A stretch of 64,000 nt of DNA from an uncultured Gammaproteobacteria bacterium (GTDB lineage Bacteria; Patescibacteriota; Microgenomatia; CAZETR01; Amesbacteraceae), in contig CAZIVL010000001.1 of NCBI GenBank assembly GCA_964543035.1, forward strand, positions 45,714 to 109,713. Reading direction: 5' to 3'. The notes under the pieces were generated by a model. It was not told where the DNA came from. It did no database searches and was given only the letters and a program-made list of their open reading frames with translations. A program made the position numbers and the translations under genes. Below, in pieces: positions 59,829 to 64,000 of the stretch; within the stretch, counting starts at the first letter, position 1; each line of letters starts with the position of its first letter.

Positions 59829-60608
59829 ATGAGATATTTAAAAATTATCAATATATATTTTGTAAATTCACTTCAATCAATCATTGCAAATCCTATGGCA
59901 TTCTGGATATTTTTCATTAGTAAGTTTATTCGTTACGGATTATTTTTTATGTTTCTCTTTTTCCTGTCCTCATCTATTGGTTCTGTGGGTGGATATACCT
60001 CCACACAGATGCTTACTTTTTATCTAGTCTTCAGTTTGATAGACACCACCGGACAGATGTTTTACCGCGAGGTCTACCGATTTCGCCCATTAGTCCTCAA
60101 TGGGGGATTTGATGGTGTCTTGGCAAAGCCATTTCCTGTATTACTTAGAGTTCTGGTTGGGGGACCAGATTTTATAGATATGGGGATATTGGCTATCCTT
60201 GTTTTAGTTCTACTCTACATGTTGGCATTCGTCATTCATCCCACTGCTACCCATCTGTTTATCTTTATTTTGCTGTTTCTCAATTCGCTCATTATTTCTA
60301 CTGCTATTCACATCTTTGTCTTGGGTATCGGCATCATGACTTTATCCGTGGATCATCTCATCATGATTTACAGAGACCTATCAGCCTTACTTCGTATTCC
60401 CATCGATTTTTTCTCTGATTCTATGCGAGCTCTTTTCACTTTTGTTATCCCACTGGGCGTAATGTTTACATTTCCCGCCAAAGGACTCATGGGTCTTCTC
60501 TCGTGGCAAAACATCATTCTGTCAGTAACTATTTCAGTTGCAGTTCTTTATCTATCCCTTCGATTTTGGAAGTACTCCCTCAAGCATTACCAATCCGCCA
60601 GCAGCTAG
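59829..60608 (+). CDS. ABC-2 family transporter permease, type B paralog 3
   Basis: Start MRYLKIIN; ends …KHYQSASS. Confidence 0.65.
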   Translation: MRYLKIINIYFVNSLQSIIANPMAFWIFFISKFIRYGLFFMFLFFLSSSIGSVGGYTSTQMLTFYLVFSLIDTTGQMFYREVYRFRPLVLNGGFDGVLAKPFPVLLRVLVGGPDFIDMGILAILVLVLLYMLAFVIHPTATHLFIFILLFLNSLIISTAIHIFVLGIGIMTLSVDHLIMIYRDLSALLRIPIDFFSDSMRALFTFVIPLGVMFTFPAKGLMGLLSWQNIILSVTISVAVLYLSLRFWKYSLKHYQSASS

Positions 60609-60823
60609 CGAGTATCCCCTTGAGATAGAGCATGTCCAAGTTTGTTCAAAGCTGTTTCAATGCCCTTCACCACACCCTCAGCTAAATAAAACGGTAGACG
60701 GATTAAAAAACATGCGACCTGAGCAGTAGCCCTCTCTTGTTCCATCGCTTCTCCCGCTCTTAGTGTAGCGTTTGTAACTTCCGGATCAAGTCGTTCACTC
60801 ATGCGAGAGATTATAATACCAAT

Positions 60824-61699
60824 ATGCAAAAAGTGCTCATAATCTGTGGTCCGACTGCGACCGGGAAGACGGCGTTTGGGATAGAGATGGCAAAGCGGTT
60901 AAATGGCGAGATTGTCTCCGCGGATTCTCGCCAGGTCTACGTAGGTCGTGACCTGATCACAGGCAAAGACTTACCTCACAACTCTCAACCCACTACCTCA
61001 AATCTGATTTGGAAAGACCATGAGCTCAAATATTATTTAGTTAACGGGACCCCAACATGGCTCTACGACGTAGTAGATCCGGGAGAGGATTTCAACGTCT
61101 CTTTTTGGAAAGAGTGTGCAGACATCGTGATTTCGGACATCGTGTCTCGAGGAAAGCTCCCAATCGTAGTTGGTGGCACCGGATTATTTATAAAATCTCT
61201 CACCCAGCCGCTAAACAATATCTCTATAAAATCAGACCCCGAGCTTCGAAAAAAACTTGAGTCCATGTCAGTTGGCGATCTCTTTGATTATTTACAGTCC
61301 CTAGACCGGAATCGGTCTATGGGACTCAACGAGTCCGATGCAAAAAACCCCCGAAGATTAATTCGGGCAATAGAAATTTCAAAATTCAAACCGTCAAATT
61401 CTACCCACAACTCACAACCCACTACCTATAACTATTTGCCCATCTGCCTCTCCGCTCCCACTGCATATCTGTTTCCTCGTATCGACAAGCGAGTAGAAGA
61501 CCGTATTGCCGCAGGTGCTGCTCTCGAAGACCCAGTTCTGGCGTCAGATCCTCAGAAGTGGAAATATCACGAGCACGATCTGGCCAGACGCCAAATTACC
61601 TGGTTCAAAAAGCAGCCCGATTTGCTCTCGTTTGACATCTCAACTCCTGATTGGCAAGAAAATGCAATATCATTAGTCACAACTTGGTATAATAAATAG
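60824..61699 (+). CDS. miaA: tRNA dimethylallyltransferase
   Basis: P-loop GPTATGKT; DSRQVY motif; contains two heptamer-type insertions (60975-61002, 61401-61435). Confidence 0.85.
   Translation: MQKVLIICGPTATGKTAFGIEMAKRLNGEIVSADSRQVYVGRDLITGKDLPHNSQPTTSNLIWKDHELKYYLVNGTPTWLYDVVDPGEDFNVSFWKECADIVISDIVSRGKLPIVVGGTGLFIKSLTQPLNNISIKSDPELRKKLESMSVGDLFDYLQSLDRNRSMGLNESDAKNPRRLIRAIEISKFKPSNSTHNSQPTTYNYLPICLSAPTAYLFPRIDKRVEDRIAAGAALEDPVLASDPQKWKYHEHDLARRQITWFKKQPDLLSFDISTPDWQENAISLVTTWYNK
60975..61002 (+). repeat. Period-7 array CTCACAA-CTCTCAA-CCCACTA-CCTCAAA inside miaA
   Basis: Seen directly; encodes PHNSQPTTSN. Confidence 0.7.
61401..61435 (+). repeat. Period-7 array CTACCCA-CAACTCA-CAACCCA-CTACCTA-TAACTAT inside miaA
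   Basis: Seen directly; encodes STHNSQPTTYNY; near-duplicate of the 60975 array. Confidence 0.7.
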
Positions 61700-61701
61700 C
61701 G

Positions 61702-62697
61702 ATGCATAGAAGAGTAGAAATTTCTCATAAAACCATTGTATTTATCGCGGCTTTTTGCGCTTCCTTGTGGTTCTTGTTCCAGATTAGAGACATCTTGTTT
61801 CTTCTGTTCATATCTTTCATTCTTATGTCCGCTCTCAATCCGTTTGTAGATAGACTGGAAAAGCTTCGTGTCCCCAGAGCCGTAGGCATCGCTCTTCTTT
61901 ATATAGTTTTGTGGGGCTTTTTTGGCGGTCTCATAGCCGGTATCATTCCAGGATTTGTGGAGCAGACCAGTAGACTCGTAAGTCTTCTCCCAGAGACATT
62001 GTCCCAGATCGATTTTTTCAACAACAATCAGCAACAGTTTTCAGAGCAGATTATAACCAGGATTGGTGCCCTTCCCGAAAATGTCCTAAAAGTCATCGTA
62101 AGTCTATTTGGCAATATTTTAGGCGTCTTTACCACTCTAGTTGTGACCTTTTATCTGCTCCTTGAGCGCAAGCATTTGGACAAATACTTTGCCTTGTTAC
62201 TAGGAGAGGCCCATCACCCCAAAGCGACGAGAGTCGTCAATGAGATCGAAAAGAGATTAGGTGGCTGGGTCCGCGGCCAGTTGGTTCTCATGTTAATAGT
62301 CGGCATGCTTACCTACTCAGGCTTGATTGTTCTGGGGATAGATATTGCCATCCCGCTGGCGATTCTGGCCGGACTTTTGGAGATTATCCCCAACATTGGT
62401 CCCACCATTTCAGCCGTCCCCGCAGTTCTTATCGGTCTATCCATAAATCCTCTCATGGGAGCAGCCACTGCTGCCTTGTACTTCCTGGTTCAGTTCTTGG
62501 AAAACAATCTTTTGGTCCCCAACGTGATGAAAAAAGCCACCGGGGTAAACCCCATCGTCAGTATCATTTCTCTTATGATCGGCTTCAAGATGGCAGGCCC
62601 CCTGGGAGCCATCCTCTCCATCCCCACAGTTCTTATTATCCAGACCATTGGCCTGGAGTTTTTCTCCCTAAAGCACCTCGAAAACCTCTCTGAATAA
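61702..62697 (+). CDS. AI-2E family transporter (UPF0118/PerM-like permease)
   Basis: 8-TM topology and family-typical segments (…IPNIGPTISAVP…). Confidence 0.8.
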   Translation: MHRRVEISHKTIVFIAAFCASLWFLFQIRDILFLLFISFILMSALNPFVDRLEKLRVPRAVGIALLYIVLWGFFGGLIAGIIPGFVEQTSRLVSLLPETLSQIDFFNNNQQQFSEQIITRIGALPENVLKVIVSLFGNILGVFTTLVVTFYLLLERKHLDKYFALLLGEAHHPKATRVVNEIEKRLGGWVRGQLVLMLIVGMLTYSGLIVLGIDIAIPLAILAGLLEIIPNIGPTISAVPAVLIGLSINPLMGAATAALYFLVQFLENNLLVPNVMKKATGVNPIVSIISLMIGFKMAGPLGAILSIPTVLIIQTIGLEFFSLKHLENLSE

Positions 62698-62720
62698 GCA
62701 GGCAGTGATAACATTAGTTA

Positions 62721-63173
62721 GTGATTGTAGAGATCGATCAAAGTGGTCGTTTGGAACATCTGGATACTGATACGGTAATAGCTTACTCGAATGGCAAATC
62801 CAGGGCAGTCTTAATAAAAGTCACAGAAAAGCGAAAAATAATTCAAATCCTCAAAAAATCAGTTGTCTCCAGGGATCAGCTCATGCCTTTATTATTTGCA
62901 GTTACAATCTACGCGTTGGTTAAAGATTTACCCACAAGTGTGGTATTGGAAATCGATGAAGAATATACCGGTAAAGAAAAAATTATCTCCAGCTCTTTAA
63001 CCAGATTGCTAGGTTCAAGATGGAATGGACAAATTAGATTTAGACGGATAGGCAAACAAAGCCCCGCCCACAAGTTAGCTTGGGGAGTCCATGAATCGCA
63101 GGTTAAGAAGAGAAAAATTCAGAAGCTTGATCATAAGCAAATTTTAGGTATATTTTTTGGGGAAAAACACTAA
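62721..63173 (+). CDS. Hypothetical protein
   Basis: 150-aa ORF. Confidence 0.35.
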   Translation: MIVEIDQSGRLEHLDTDTVIAYSNGKSRAVLIKVTEKRKIIQILKKSVVSRDQLMPLLFAVTIYALVKDLPTSVVLEIDEEYTGKEKIISSSLTRLLGSRWNGQIRFRRIGKQSPAHKLAWGVHESQVKKRKIQKLDHKQILGIFFGEKH

Positions 63174-63175
63174 AA

Positions 63176-63245
63176 AAGTCGGGACTTGGCACACCTCTCG
63201 CTTTTACGAGGGGGGTCCAAGGCTTCCCCGACTTTGTACGTTTAT
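63176..63245 (+). terminator. Long imperfect hairpin (AAGTCGGG…CCCGACTT with nested CTTGG/CCAAG and CCTCTCG/CGAGGGG) followed by T-rich tract
   Basis: Seen directly downstream of the 62721 ORF and upstream of rnpB. Confidence 0.35.
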
Positions 63246-63293
63246 TATAGCAAACAGAGGCAATACCATGACCTGGAAGGGTATAATAGACCC

Positions 63294-63556
63294 GCCTGGA
63301 GATGGGCGACTACGCCGTCTTTTGACGGTGAGGAAAGTCCAGACAGCAGAAAGCAGGGTGTCCAGCATAAGCTGGAGCGGGTAACCGCCAGTTAGAGCAA
63401 CAGTGACGAACCGAGGTAAAGCTCGGGTGAAACGGGCAATCCTCCCCGCTGCAATCTCCGAATTGGCCGTTTGAGGTAGCTTTCCCAAGGCCTAAAGCAT
63501 GAGAGCATCAGAAAGATTGTCGCTGACAACAGAATCTGGCTTACTATTCTCCAGGC
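63294..63556 (+). ncRNA. rnpB: RNase P RNA (bacterial type A, compact ~263 nt)
   Basis: P4 strands GAGGAAAGUCC…GCAGGGUG and ACAGAAUCUGGCUUA; GGGUGAAAC and GGUAGC…GGCCUAAAGCAUGAG regions align to E. coli M1 RNA; P1 pairing GCCUGGAGA/UCUCCAGGC; TATAAT 5 nt upstream. Confidence 0.8.
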
Positions 63557-63590
63557 AAAATATAAATTTTTAGGGGTGTATAATAAATTT

Positions 63591-63752
63591 ATGCTCACAA
63601 ACATTTTGTCAGACGCTTCCGCCTTTAGAGGCCTGGTTTCTCTCATCTTTGGCGTTTTGATCCTCATGTTCCCCAAGATCCTGAATTATCTCATCGCCTT
63701 TTATTTCATCATCACCGGTCTGTCCCTGGTTGGTCCACTCCTATTTAGATAA
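63591..63752 (+). CDS. DUF3096-family small membrane protein
   Basis: 53 aa (below the ORF-track cutoff): MLTNILSDASAFRGLVSLIFGVLILMFPKILNYLIAFYFIITGLSLVGPLLFR matches the DUF3096 pattern. Confidence 0.6.
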   Translation: MLTNILSDASAFRGLVSLIFGVLILMFPKILNYLIAFYFIITGLSLVGPLLFR

Positions 63753-64000
63753 TGCCCTTCTTGCTGGATCCCACCGGCCCCGACTTCAGAAGCAGACCCA
63801 TTTTATTTATCGACCTCGAGGTTACAGGGCTTGATCGGCACAGACACGAAATCATCGAGATCGCAGCTCTCCGAGTCGACCAACCCACATTTGAGGTTAC
63901 CAATTCTTTTTATACAAAAGTAATTCCTTCGCACATCGAGACGGCCGATCCCAAGGCTCTCCAGATAAACAACTATTCCAAAGATGCCTGGACAGATGCC
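63752..64000 (+). CDS. DnaQ-like 3'-5' exonuclease (DEDDh), partial at window end
   Basis: Exo I motif ILFIDLEVTGLD…HEIIEIAA; ATG overlaps the previous stop (TAATG). Confidence 0.6.
   Translation, partial: MPFLLDPTGPDFRSRPILFIDLEVTGLDRHRHEIIEIAALRVDQPTFEVTNSFYTKVIPSHIETADPKALQINNYSKDAWTDA

Noticed and set aside
60605-60829. 74-aa minus-strand ORF in the 215-nt gap between the last ABC permease and miaA
   Set aside because: No motif, no RBS context, and it overlaps both neighbours' ends. Kept only as a possible location for an unannotated small RNA or small protein.
63157-63488. ORFs 63157..63384(+), 63186..63395(+), 63204..63488(-)
   Set aside because: They overlap the RNase P RNA gene, have no coding features and the region matches rnpB conserved motifs.
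1-64000. Alternative genetic code (UGA recoding, as in some CPR lineages)
   Set aside because: Long conserved ORFs (rpoB, rpoC, fusA, pnp) translate uninterrupted under the standard code, and TGA functions as a stop for several genes. No in-frame TGA read-through was needed.

Overview
This 64-kb window is a dense bacterial 'core genome' segment. Gene content and several unusually compact proteins suggest, tentatively, a small-genome CPR/Patescibacteria-like organism using the standard genetic code.

Minus strand, 1–7.2 kb, rearranged str/S10 block: rplB (partial), rplW, rplD, rplC, rpsJ, tuf, then three inserted genes (lamin-tail-domain secreted protein, Cys-rich membrane protein, 84-aa ORF), then fusA.

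Plus strand, 7.4–21.3 kb: dnaJ-like (CbpA-type), nusA, a short infB, rpsO, pnp, a small trypsin-like protease followed by a Lon AAA+ module that lacks its protease domain, a YfcE-like phosphoesterase, family-4 UDG and RNase J.

Plus strand, 21.3–34 kb: a DUF433/DUF5615 toxin-antitoxin-like pair, a propeller protein, ftsK, a rodZ-like gene, a compact alaS, an FtsA/PilM-like–TM–ectodomain fusion next to a sortase, yqgF and mltG.

Plus strand, 34–45 kb: a super-operon rpoB-rpoC-rpsL-rpsG-rpsD-rpoA-rplQ-rplM-rpsI.

45–50.8 kb, accessory stretch: a YhbQ-type GIY-YIG gene sandwiched between repeat clusters, membrane/hypothetical proteins, a secreted thermonuclease, and a Zn-finger/PD-(D/E)xK-like nuclease.

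50.8–64 kb: recA-recX-rny-hup; an ABC-2 transporter cluster with one ATPase and six paralogous permeases (three A/B pairs) interrupted by a RelE/Phd pair; miaA; an AI-2E transporter; a compact RNase P RNA; a DUF3096 gene; and a partial DnaQ-like exonuclease.

The most unusual signals are at the sequence level. (1) A dispersed repeat family GTCATCCTGA-[short variable, often palindromic core]-GAAGGATCCAG(T) has at least 12 copies. All lie in the same orientation, nearly all sit directly at gene 3' ends, and many supply the stop codon. (2) Period-7 heptanucleotide tandem arrays (AATCACC / CACAACT / CATTAAA types) lie in-frame inside conserved genes (infB, ftsK, udg, recX, miaA twice, yqgF, rplM tail) and in the rpsL–rpsG spacer. 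They encode N/Q/T/S-rich micro-insertions.
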